From: Mobula hypostoma
Lineage: Eukaryota
Length of the DNA stretch: 64,000 bases
Direction of reading: 5' to 3'
NCBI RefSeq assembly: GCF_963921235.1
Contig: NC_086097.1
Span: 37,822,001-37,886,000 of the forward strand
Shown here piece by piece: positions 53,401 through 64,000 of this stretch. The stretch's first letter is position 1. Each line of letters starts with the position of its first letter. The notes under the pieces are model-generated. The model was not told the DNA's origin. It saw nothing but the letters and a program-made list of their open reading frames with translations, and searched no databases. Position numbers and translations under genes: made by a program.

Positions 53401-53734
53401 TAAATATGGGAATTTCCAAGCCTATCCTTGTAAATTTTTTTTACTCAATTTACGGAAGAAGTTGTTTCTGTTTCTTTATCATATTAACTCGAGAATTTTA
53501 TTAGTCTTTCAATTTTAAAGAAGTAGATTTTATTTCCAACCGAACATCCATATGTGCAATCAGGGCACAATTTCAGATCTTTCAGGTAGCACAAGACTTG
53601 GCGGTAACAGCAAAGAAATCTACTCTTACATCATAAAGAATTGTGAACTAACTCTATTAACAAAGCCATGCAAATGTAATACAAGGTCAACTTGTGACCC
53701 CCTTAAAATCATCAAAATTTGAAGCAGAAATAGA

Positions 53735-54290
53735 CTATTGGATTTGCATTTGGAATATTGTGAGCAGTTTTGGGCCCTGTATCTTGGGAAGGATGTGCTG
53801 GCCCTGGAGAAGGCTCAGAGAAGATTCACAAGAATAATGCCAGAAATGAAAGGCGTAACATATGAGGCGTGTTGGATAGTTCTGGGCCTGTACTTGATGG
53901 ATTTCAGAAGCCCGAAAGGGATCTCATTGAAAACTACGGAATGCAGCAAGGCCTGGATAAAATCGATGTGGAATGGATGGTTCCATTAGTAGGAAAGTTT
54001 AAGATCTCAGGGCACAGCCTCAGAATAAAAGTCAGAAAAAAATTACTTCCTTTTAAAACTGAGAGGAGTGTTTTTTCAGCTAAACAGTGATGAATCTATG
54101 GAATTTGTTGCCACAGAACACCGTGCAAGCTAAGTTATTGAGTGAATTTAAGGAAATGATTAATAGGTTCTTGATTGGTAAAGGGGTTAAAGGATACAGG
54201 GAGAAAGCGGAAGAATGAGGTTGAGGGAAAAAACAGCCGACTCAATAGGTGGAACGACCCAATTCTGCTCTCATCTCTTATGGTCCTGTG
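53735..54290 (+). mobile_element. Old CR1 3' fragment
   Basis: HLEYCEQFW...DVLALEKAQRRFTR. Confidence 0.8.
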
Positions 54291-54515
54291 GTCTCTCTGG
54301 CTCTTTCAGAAGGCTGTGCCATCTATCAAGATCATGACTGATCTTCTACCTTAGTGCCATTTTGCTTTCCTCATAATGCACTTTCCACATATCTATTTGT
54401 TCCCTTAATATCCAGAAATTTATCTATCTCTGTCTTGTCAATGACTTCCATAGCTCAATCATTGATTCACCACCCTCTGAGTAAAGAAATTTCTCTTCAA
54501 CTCAGTGCTAAAAAT

Positions 54516-54551
54516 GGTCCTGACGAAGGGATCCGGCCCGAAACATCGACT
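54516..54551 (+). ncRNA. Minimal hammerhead motif in Penelope-derived repeat (54516-54640)
   Basis: GGTC-CTGACGA-AGGGATCCGGCCC-GAAA-C-ATC-GACT. Confidence 0.68.
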
Positions 54552-54890
54552 CATCGTTTCCACGGATGCTGCCCGACCTGCTGAGTTCCTCCAGTGTGTT
54601 GTGAGTGTTGCTTTGACCCCAGCATCTGTAGATTATTTTATGTTAAAAATGGTATGCCTCTTCTTCTGAGACTGTGAACCTAAGTTTCAAGCTACTCAGC
54701 CAGTGGAAACAGCCAGCTGCACCCACATGTTCAAAACTGACAAAATATTTAATGTCCAAGTGTGCCATGACACAACCAACAACTCTGTAACTGTGCAAGA
54801 TGTTCGTAGAGATATAGAACAGACATGTGTATTCCATGTTTAACTATATCTTTGCTTTGATTGCCACTGTTTTAAAAAATAATCCATATG

Positions 54891-55095
54891 TCAAACAACA
54901 GGAATTCTGCAGATGCTGGAAATTCAAGCAACACACATAAAAGTTGCTGGTGAACGCAGCAGGCCAGGCAGCATCTCTAGGAAGCGGTGCAGTCAACGTT
55001 TCAGGCTGAGACCCTTCGTCAGGACTAACTGAAGGAAGAGTGAGTAAGAGGGAGGGGGAGATCCAAAATGATAGGAGAAGACAGGAGGGGGAGGG
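54891..55095 (-). mobile_element. Penelope-derived short repeat with hammerhead (54990-55027)
   Basis: Minus strand TAGTC-CTGACGA-AGGGTCTCAGCCT-GAAA-C-GTT-GACTG; TSD ATCCATATG (54882-54890, 55096-55104). Confidence 0.82.
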
Positions 55096-56745
55096 ATCCA
55101 TATGCCTGTTTCTTTATTCAACTCCTTTGGAAGTACTCGACTGAAAAAAAATGGTAGAGTACTTGGACTAACCAAATTAAGTCCCACTGTCTGCCGAAAA
55201 GACTAGATTATTTACACATGGTGTTTTATGTCAATATACAGTTAGATGGTTTTCACCTGCATTTCTGAGTTGAAAAGTCCTGGCGTAAGTGTGTTCCCAT
55301 CTAAAATGTTAGTTTGAAAATCTATTCAATCTGACTTTCCACCTGTTTGAAGTGAATCCCACTGATTTGAAATTCCAATACAACTATAAAGCCACATTTA
55401 CTTTTCAAATTGTGCTTGACAACATGTAATGTTATTTAAAATTCTGACTTTGAGACTTAGTGATATTTTGTCAAATGGCAGTCAGAAGGAGGAGGTGGGG
55501 GTAAGCTATGGTTCTGTTTGTTCATGCCAAGGAAAGACGGGGGATGTACAATAACATTACAATATAACAAAGCGGAACATTATTAATATCTAAGGACATC
55601 TTATTTTTAAGATAAAAACTTTCAGCCAATGTAGTTCAAGAAAGGGTGAGCCTGGTCATCAGCAAGTATTACTGCCAGTTATTACAGAAATTTTGATCTG
55701 TTATATAATAAATAAAGACTGGGATAGACTGGAATTAGGGGAGGATGGCAAGTTATGCCTCAGCAGGTTACAGTTGTATTCAGAACAACAATACATGTGG
55801 CTCACCTTGTAGAATGAAGCAGTAAACAGAAATGGAGGGATTTTATAGATTTCTAAAATCTCTCAGACTCATGAAAATAAATTTCATTAAAGAGTAAGCA
55901 GATTTGTTCTGTTGCTGTTTGTTAAAACCCTAGTCAGGACATCTTCACAACTGATAGCAATGTAATACTTGTCTAGCAGAAGATAGTAAAGGAATACAGT
56001 AGGTATGTCAGATGAAATTCATCACTGAAAAGAATGGGGTAACAAATTTTGTTTGGACAAATAAAGAGAGCTATTATGTAATAAATAAAATTAGAAGTTT
56101 AAAGATTTTCATGCAAAAATCTTTATAAGCGCAAAAATTAGTAGCTGAACATTTCAATTGTTAAAAACTAGTTCAATATTTGCAAGATATTGTGTCCAAT
56201 TCTGGTCATTACAAATTTGGATAAATGTGAATGTTTTGCAAAGGATAAAGAAGGCACTTACCAGATTAGATCCAAAGATAATATAACATGGAGAGACTGG
56301 AGACATTAAAGTGTTCTCCATAGAACAAAGATGACCAAGGGGAAATTAATTAATGTTTATACATGTAAAGGATTGAGATAGTATAAATGAAAAGGAGTTG
56401 TTTCTAAAGATCAGAAACAAAAATATTGATTCATGTGATGGTAAAGGTGATATGAGGAAGAAAACCACTTTTAGAGAATGAGTGGAGTCAAACTCAAAAA
56501 CAATTGCCAGAAAAGCTAATTGGATGAAAATTAGAAGGAGAGGGCACGAGGGAAAATGCAGCAGTCAGACGAACCACCCTTCACAAGAGTTGATAAAAGC
56601 TCAAAAGGTTGAAAGATCTCCAGTTGTGATTCAATTTTTAGTAGACTCCAGTATACCATATTATTCTTGTTTTTCATATTTTGTGAAAACGATACTTAAA
56701 AGCATAAGGAAAAATATCAAAATCCTTTACACCAGATTCTCTTAC

Positions 56746-56878
56746 CATATCTGAAAGGTACTGGATCAATTAAGCTAGTATTCCAGGTTTCTGCTTGTTG
56801 CTGCAGGTATTCTATTCTGGGCTGTTCACATAAGCTCATACTGTTGCAGAGAGGAACTGCCTCATCACGACCTAGAAA
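56746..56878 (-). CDS. LRRC9: LRRC9 exon, ART-like domain (FLGRDEAVPLCNSMSLCEQPRIEYLQQQAETWNTSLIDPVPFRY-G)
   Basis: tcttcacAG acceptor, GTAAG donor, 133 nt, phase 0 to 1; resembles recalled vertebrate LRRC9 segment [22 protein letters not shown]...FRHG. Confidence 0.9.
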
Positions 56879-57452
56879 CTGTGAAGACATGCAATAACAT
56901 ATGGATTAGTTAAATTCATTGTGTGGTACATTTGTAGTTCCTTGTATTATGAACATATAAGCAACTTTCAGAACAGATGAATTATATTTCTAAATTGGCG
57001 ATTGTTCCAGAAAACTAAAAGTTAAGGATATTAAGGAGAAAAACATGGCAATATACAAACCATTAATTGTAAAATAGTACTGAAAACTCTGAAAACATCA
57101 AAAGTATTTGAGATAAACTTAAAATCTCAATTGCTTGATTAGTTTATTTTACCTGGGGAAATACAAGCAGATGGATGATCAGATATCAAACACGTATGCC
57201 CTCCAGTAATTTATCACGAACAAAACAAGGTTGCAGAATACTTGAACAGGCTAAAAACCCAAGTTTCCAGGGACAAATGAACAAAATCCTAGGATACTAT
57301 AATAAACAAGGGATGAGATTTTGCAACACTCCTAACAATTTGGAGGAATTTAAGTATCAGTCATGTAATTTTGTCAATGATCTATCACGTTATTGGATAT
57401 TTTTAGTCATGATAGAACAATGATATAAAAAAAGAAAGCACTCATAGAAATA

Positions 57453-57882
57453 GAAATAAGTCATAGAAATAGACTTCTCTAACTTCCGCTAGGCCCCACC
57501 TCCCCCTCGTACCCCATCTGTTACTCTTTTTTATGCACACATTCTTTCTCTCACTCTCCTTTTTCTCCCTCTGTCCCTCTGAATATACCTCTTGCCCATC
57601 CTCTGGGTCACCCCCCCCCCGTCTTTCTTCCCGGACCTCCTGTCCCATGATCCTCTCATATCCCCTTCTGCCTATCACCTGTCCAGCTCTCGGCTCCATC
57701 CCTCCCCCTCCTGTCTTCTCCTATCATTTTGCATCTCCCCCTCCCCCTCCAGCTTTCAAATCCCTTACTCACTCTTCCTTCAGTTAGTCCTGACGAAGGG
57801 TCTCGGCCTGAAACATCGACTGCGCCTCTTCCTATAGATGCTGCCTGGCCTGCTGCGTTCACCATCAACTTTGATGTGTGTT
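57453..57882 (+). mobile_element. Penelope-derived repeat with hammerhead (57785-57822)
   Basis: Pyrimidine-rich body then TAGTC-CTGACGA-AGGGTCTCGGCCT-GAAA-C-ATC-GACTG; TSD ACTCATAGAAATA (57440-57452, 57883-57895). Confidence 0.85.
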
Positions 57883-58664
57883 ACTCATAGAAATAACCCA
57901 GATTCATATGATAAATAACAGCCCCACAACAGATACATGGGGGTGAGATCTTTCAATTTAAATAAATCATTCTCTGGACTACTTTTCAACAGCATCTGAT
58001 ATTAATAGATCTTCATGCATAATTTCTGAGGTCAGGTATAGAAAATATACCTCGAGGTCTTGTTGGAGACAAATAGACCATCCAATTCCATCTAAGCAAT
58101 CAGATAGCAATGGGCACTTCTTAACGGCTTTGTACTCACTAGAATCTAAAGGAGCAAGAGATGATCTCTGTGAGATATGGACAATTTGAAAGAGTAGTTA
58201 GTATGATACAGTTTCCTCAACTGCACAATCAAGAACAAGAAGGCAGAGTCATAGGATAAAGCCTTGACCACTTGGGACAGAGATGATGACGAATTTCTTT
58301 ATGCAGGAGCTGTAAATGTTAATGGTTCTCTATCCCATAGGGCTATGGATATCCAGTTAAGTATACAGGAAGATGAAATTCATTGATTTTTGGGCATAAC
58401 AGAATAATGTGATCCAAGAATTCAGCGGGATAGTGTACTTGGGATAGAGGATCAGCTACAATCATACGGAGTAATAAAAGAAGTTCAAAGGAATTGTATT
58501 GTCAATTGCTTCTTCCATTTCTCATATTCTTAATTGATATTTACTTGGAATTTGGGATATTTAAATTTATAAATTTGAATTATAATACTTGTATTGTGCC
58601 TATATTTGTACTGGCATTTTGCTAGATTTAAAACTGTTGATAGTGGTGAACTAGGCTTACCCAA

Positions 58665-59545
58665 AAAGCAACACACAAAACCCAGAACTCAGTGAACTCA
58701 GAAAATAGACACTTGACAATTCGGATTGAGACCATTCATCAGGACTAGAAAGAAAGAGGGAAGATAGCCATTATACCTAGAAAAATAGCCAGTATAACCA
58801 GCAAGAGCTGGTGAGTAACAGGTGGATCCAGGTGAGGGGAGTAATAGGCAGGTGAGAGAAAGGGAGTATTCTCCAATGTGACAGACTGAGAAAAGCTTCA
58901 TCAAGCACCTTCACTCTGTCTGCTGTACCAGCAGAGATCTCCTAGTGGCCAACCATTTTGATTTCACTTCCCATTCGCACACTGCCATGTCTAGCTACAG
59001 CCTCCTCTTATGCCAAGTTTATGCTCATATTCTGCCTTAGTAGTCTCCAACCCAAAGACATGGACATCAATTTCTCCAGCTTCCAGTAATCATCCCCTCT
59101 GCCCTGACCACCCCACACCCACCTTAACCTACTACTGGTCCCCATTACCCCATATTTCTCCTCTCCACCCTCTCAATATGCCCATCACTCTCAGTTACCT
59201 CCCTCCAGTACCTCCCATGAAACACCTTCCTGTAGTCCACGGTTCAGTTCCCTCCTATCAAATGCCATTTTCTTCAGTCCTTTGTCACTTCCGCTAATCA
59301 CCTCCCAGCTTCTTGTATCATTTCAACTCTCACCCTCCCTCAGCTGCCTACCATGCCCCTCACCTCGATCTATCCAACAGCTCTTGCACAACCCCTTTCC
59401 CCCTTATTTTTATTTTGGGTATCTTCCCTCTTCCTTTCCAGTCCTGATGTGGGGTCTTGACCAAAACATCAACCATCTGTTTCCCTCTACCTGCCTGACC
59501 CGCTGAGTTCCTCCAGCTTTATGCGTTTTGCTCCAGACTTCCAGC
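58665..59545 (+). mobile_element. Older Penelope-like remnant with inverted ends and decayed hammerheads
   Basis: Same layout as 40355-41142 (GTGGCCAACCATTTT...TCCCATTC endonuclease remnant; AGTCCTGATG cores at 58746 minus and 59440 plus). Confidence 0.72.
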
Positions 59546-60459
59546 ATTACAATCTTTTCTGTCTCTAATTATGGTAAAACTAGGATTAAGAATTGATTTT
59601 TCATGACAGTGAGATCTTAAACTCATTTGTCAAATATTACAGAATCCCTCCAGAATAGTTAATGCAGTCAAATCTTTTCTTTGTACATTCCATTGATCTG
59701 TGCTATCCAATTTTATGTGACAGCATGACATTTGTTGGCTGCACATTACCCTTTATGTACCTATGTTGGGTTTTGGGGACCAACATAAGCATGAAACTGC
59801 TAGAGTGATGTCCTTGACCTGGCAATTCACCCTTTAGTTTAATACGGTATCCCAAAAGTAGACTGCGTAAAAATGGAGGCATCATGACTTCTGCTGATGT
59901 GTTATGCATGAGTACGCATCAGCTGAGAGAAGAAGTGCCTCTGGCTGCTTACAGCTCTGTGCTGATATGTGATGCTGGACAAGTAACATGCATGCACTCA
60001 ATAGCGCTCTATACTATGCTATTGTCATGAGGCTGCAAGATTTTGTGAATAAAACATGCGAGGGTCATTTTATGTGCCTAACAAAAGCCACAGCCTTTTA
60101 CTTCCATTACGAACAAATCAAAAGCAGTTGCCTTACACTGACATAATTATGTCAGACACCATTCTCTTAAAGTGAACACAACAACTTTATGATGGTGTTT
60201 GTGAATTATGTAGAACAGTTTCTATTATGGACCATTGTTAACCATTACATTACCCGACAAGGCCTCCTTTTCACTCAGCAGAGAAAAAATGAAATATACT
60301 CAACTCTATTGGACTAAAAAGTACCTGTACCAGATAAAAGGAAAAATATAGTATGCCAGATAATACAGCTATGAATGTAGTAATAAAACTTGAAGATACT
60401 TAACAGATCAGGCAGCATCTGTAGAGAGAGAAAAACAGAGATAATGGTTGTTCAAGAAA

Positions 60460-62050
60460 TAAGGTAACCAAGTGGAGATGATTTGGAGGACATTCATATT
60501 ACCAGGAAGGAGGTTTGCAGGCTTACAGCCCATTAAGGTGGATAAATCCCCAGGGCCTCACCAACTGTATCCTCTGAGCTTGTGGGAGTCTAGAAAGGAA
60601 ACTACAAAGCCCTTTGTGGATATAGTTGCTTCATTTTTAGCCACTGGTTAAGTTCCCAAAGCCTGGAAGGTCGCTACTTTAATTGTTTGAAAGGTAGCAA
60701 GTATAAGCCAGTAAACTACAGGCTGAATAGCAGTAATGGGAAAGTTACTAGAGGAAATTCTGGGGGACAGGATCTACCAGTATTTGGATAGATAAAGTCT
60801 GATTAGGTGCAGTAAGCTTGGCTTTCTGTGTGGAAAGCTGTGCTCAATGAATCTTTTGGAGTTCTTTTAAAGAGGTAACCAAAAGGAAAGATGTGGGTAA
60901 AGAAGTAAATGTTGTCTGTTTGGGCTTTAGCAAGGCCTTTAATAAGACCCCATATGGTTGGCCAGTCTGGAAGGTTGGGTCCTGTGAAATCTAAGGAAAG
61001 GGTGTTAGGTGGATTCACTGTTGGCTCAGATGTAGGAAGTAGAGGGTGATGGTTGTATCTTAGACTGGAGGCCAGTGATTATTGACATACAGCAAGGGTC
61101 AGTTGTTATTCTTCATTTATACAAATGATTTGATTGCAAACACACAAGGCTTACTCCATAAATTTACGGATGACACAAAATTAGCAAGTGTTGATGATCG
61201 TCAAGAAGGTTGTCGTAGATGACAGGGAGATCTTGATCAGTTAGGGAAGTGGGCTGAGGAGTGGCAAATGGATTGAATACAGACAAGTATAAGGTGATGC
61301 ATTTTGGAAAGTCAAACCAGGCAGGGACTTATACTGTGAATGGCACTACAGTATGTAATAAAACAGAGCGATTAAGGAGTACAAGGGCATAGTTTGTTGA
61401 AAGTGGTGTAACAGGTAGATGGGGTAGTGAGAAAGGCATTTAGCACACTGACCTTTATAGCTTAGGCATGGAGTATAGGAGCTGCAACATTATGTGCAGT
61501 TGTACAAGTCATTGATGAGGCCACATTTGAAGAATAGTGTACAGTTTTGGTCACCCATTTATAGGAAATATGTACTTAAAAACTTGAAAGAGTACAGGAA
61601 ATATTTATGATAATATTGCCAGGCTAGAGGGCCTGAGATTTAGGGAGTGGTTAGGCAGGCTGGGTTTCTACTCCTTGATGAAGGACAATGAGGGGCGACC
61701 TTATAAAAACATTTAAAATTATCATAAGTATAAATAAGGTGGACGATAACTGTCTTTTCCATGTTTTGGGAGACCCAAACAGGGAGCATGGATTTAGGGT
61801 GCGAGGAAAAGATTTAAAAGAGACTGAAGAGGAACTTTTTCCATGCAGAGGTTGCTGAGTACATGGAGGGAGCTGTCAGAAGAAGTGTTTGAGGCAGGTA
61901 AATTGTATCATTTAAGAAGCATTTGGATAGTAGGGCATAGAAGGGTGGGAAGTTAGAGAGATATAGACCAAATGCAAGAAATTGGAGCTAGCTGGCTGAG
62001 AAAGGACTAGTAGGACTGGAGGGTTATTATTTGTACTGTATTGCTCTCTG
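60460..62050 (+). mobile_element. Degenerate CR1 ORF2 (RT to 3' end)
   Basis: KVDKSPGP, KFTDDTKL and later CR1 motifs, many stops. Confidence 0.85.
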
Positions 62051-62270
62051 ACTCAAACCAAAACATCAATTCTGTTTCTCTCTCCATAGATGGAGCCATT
62101 TATTACCAGCATTTTCTGTTTTAATTTTGAATTCCAGTATCTGCAGTTTTTTTTTGCCTTTAGATTAATGAATTAATGTAGTAAAATGCAGACATTGCAA
62201 ATTGCCTATAGTGCCAGCCTGGAACAAGCTTGATGCATAAAAATTTAATGGGTATAATGTATAGATGAGT

Positions 62271-62801
62271 CAGTCACTCAGTCAGTGCCATCCCGAAATC
62301 CATGGTTGGCGGCAATGCACCTCCATCTTCTTCGATCTTGTGACAGCACCAAGTACAGCCTCTCCTCCAGTTTGTTCTCACTGGCTGCCTTGGCACCACC
62401 TGCCACCACCGCCAAACTCGAGCTCAAGGCCGTGTCGGTCTCCAACTGCAGTCGCTTCTTCGAGCTCGGCCCTTCCTTAGGCGGAGGCCTTGGGCAGGTC
62501 CAGGCACACGGTGCGGCGCCCAAGTTCATCAGTCTCTTCTAACTAGGTGCATAGCATACGAATCGTAGATACGTGGTGAGGCTTTAATCTCTTCCACGGA
62601 AGATGGCCGTTGGCTCACAAGGAGCTCATCCGCCCTTTGTCAGGTCTTGTTTTTTTCAGTCCTGCTGGGTGTCCTCACATCCTCCTCACCAGACTAAGTC
62701 CAGTGGGGGAGCCGGCACAAGTTGCCGACCATTCGACCACGGCCCCCAGCTGAGCGCTGGGCAAATCTCTCCGAGCGTCTGGCACCCGACCGAAAACAAT
62801 G
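62271..62801 (-). mobile_element. 531-bp CpG-rich non-autonomous element, probably RTE-derived
   Basis: Minus strand ends ...SQDRRRWRCIAANHG (RTE-like C-terminal QDRxxWR), ACTG-type tail; GATGAGT direct repeat at 62264-62270 and 62802-62808. Confidence 0.65.
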
Positions 62802-63981
62802 GATGAGTGGTGAAATTCTAATGATAATTATTGATCTGCTTCAGAAACTAAAGGGTGACTTGGTGTAATGGACAAACACACAAGTTAGTAGCTTGCAATC
62901 AGTGATTACAAAAAAAAACTGGTTGATTGTAGAAAAGACCGCCAATACAAGCTTGAGAATGACACAAAGGCAGGAGACACCATAGAAATATAGGTCGAAG
63001 CATTAATTTACAGAGAATTATTAATATATGGCCAAAATTACAGAAAAATATATCAATGCAGGAAAACATGAGACGTTTTGTAACTAAAGAGGATAAATCA
63101 GATACATTCTAAACAGCGAAACAATGCAGATCCTACACCATCAAACAAAAAGTGTAAAATAGTCATAAATACTGACAGGTTACTGGTCTTTATATGTCAA
63201 GAACAGTGCAAAGCCTTAGATAGACTACACCAGGAATCCAAACAGCAATTCTAGGAACCAAATATGAGAACAATAAATGACACTTGAGTTGCTATAATGC
63301 TATCCGAACTCAATAAGGCTAAAGTCAAAGAAGAGATTACATGGGGTTCTGATGGAAGGTAATTGGGACCTTGTTTTAAAATGTACTGAGTGGGACCAAG
63401 GTTGGTTTTGAGAGGTTAACAGTTGAGAAGAAAGGACAGGCTGACATATATTTGACCTCCTCAACAATCACATTAATGGCTACTTATTGCATAATTTAAA
63501 TTGCAAGAGGGTTGACATTTATGAGATCAGGGCCAGGAGAGGGTAGAAGATCCAGGTAATACTGCGAGGAGCAATGAGTCATTCCATGCTTGATGAAATT
63601 GCATCAGGCACACACGGACAAATTGTAACTACAATTTCTCAGTCAAATTCCTGGACTGATGTGGCTTGATAGACAAATGGTCAATAAACACATTCCACTC
63701 CAGAGATAAAAAATTCCAAAAATGTAATGCTGATAAAAATAGTGCTGTGTATCCAAATTTTGAGGTCAGCATGTTTCAGATAATCATGAGGATATCAAAA
63801 TAGTGTTAAACAGAAAGAATAGAGTAAAAATAACCACATAAAACCACCTTCAAATGACAAACTAACCATTTGGCCCGAAAGTCTTTCTGGGATGCAATTC
63901 CCTTATGAGCAAGCATTCATCTGCAAGTTGTAGTGAACTGACATTTTAGTGACCCATTTAATTTAGTGAAATATTACATAC

Positions 63982-64000
63982 TTTATACACTTCTGCTTTT
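63982..64000 (-). CDS. LRRC9: LRRC9 coding exon, 3' end only (exon continues beyond window)
   Basis: Minus strand reads a AAA GCA GAA GTG TAT AAA (KAEVYK) then GTATGT donor; phase 0 matches the next exon. Only 19 nt visible. Confidence 0.6.

Noticed and set aside
58051..58145. Possible minus-strand exon (SSEYKAVKKCPLL...)
   Set aside because: Open frame is phase-incompatible with flanking exons and shows no LRRC9 resemblance.
62660..62801. HDV-like ribozyme at the 5' end of the RTE-derived element
   Set aside because: Stem present, but I could not find the P3/L3/P1.1 nested pseudoknot.

Overview
Eukaryotic vertebrate DNA. The mix of CR1 LINEs with esterase ORF1, Rex1/Babar LINEs and hammerhead-bearing Penelope derivatives suggests a cartilaginous fish, probably a ray (inference). 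The whole window lies inside one minus-strand gene, LRRC9. I reconstructed 15 complete coding exons plus the last 19 nt of a 16th (63982-64000 down to 3582), all with GT-AG boundaries and compatible phases. They give about 750 uninterrupted codons covering the C-terminal part of the central ADP-ribosyltransferase(ART)/PARP-like domain and the C-terminal LRR block; both gene ends lie outside the window. The introns are full of often nested transposons: CR1 and Rex1/Babar LINEs, a complete IR/DR-type DD34E Tc1, Tigger-derived elements, a 4-bp-TSD solo LTR, Penelope derivatives with minimal hammerhead ribozymes, and non-coding retroelements starting with a YY1-like AAGATGGC motif. Best leads: a Glu at the PARP catalytic position of the ART-like domain, at least five recognisable hammerhead cores, non-autonomous partners of Rex1, a probable composite Tigger unit, and a host-sense pre-miRNA-like hairpin.
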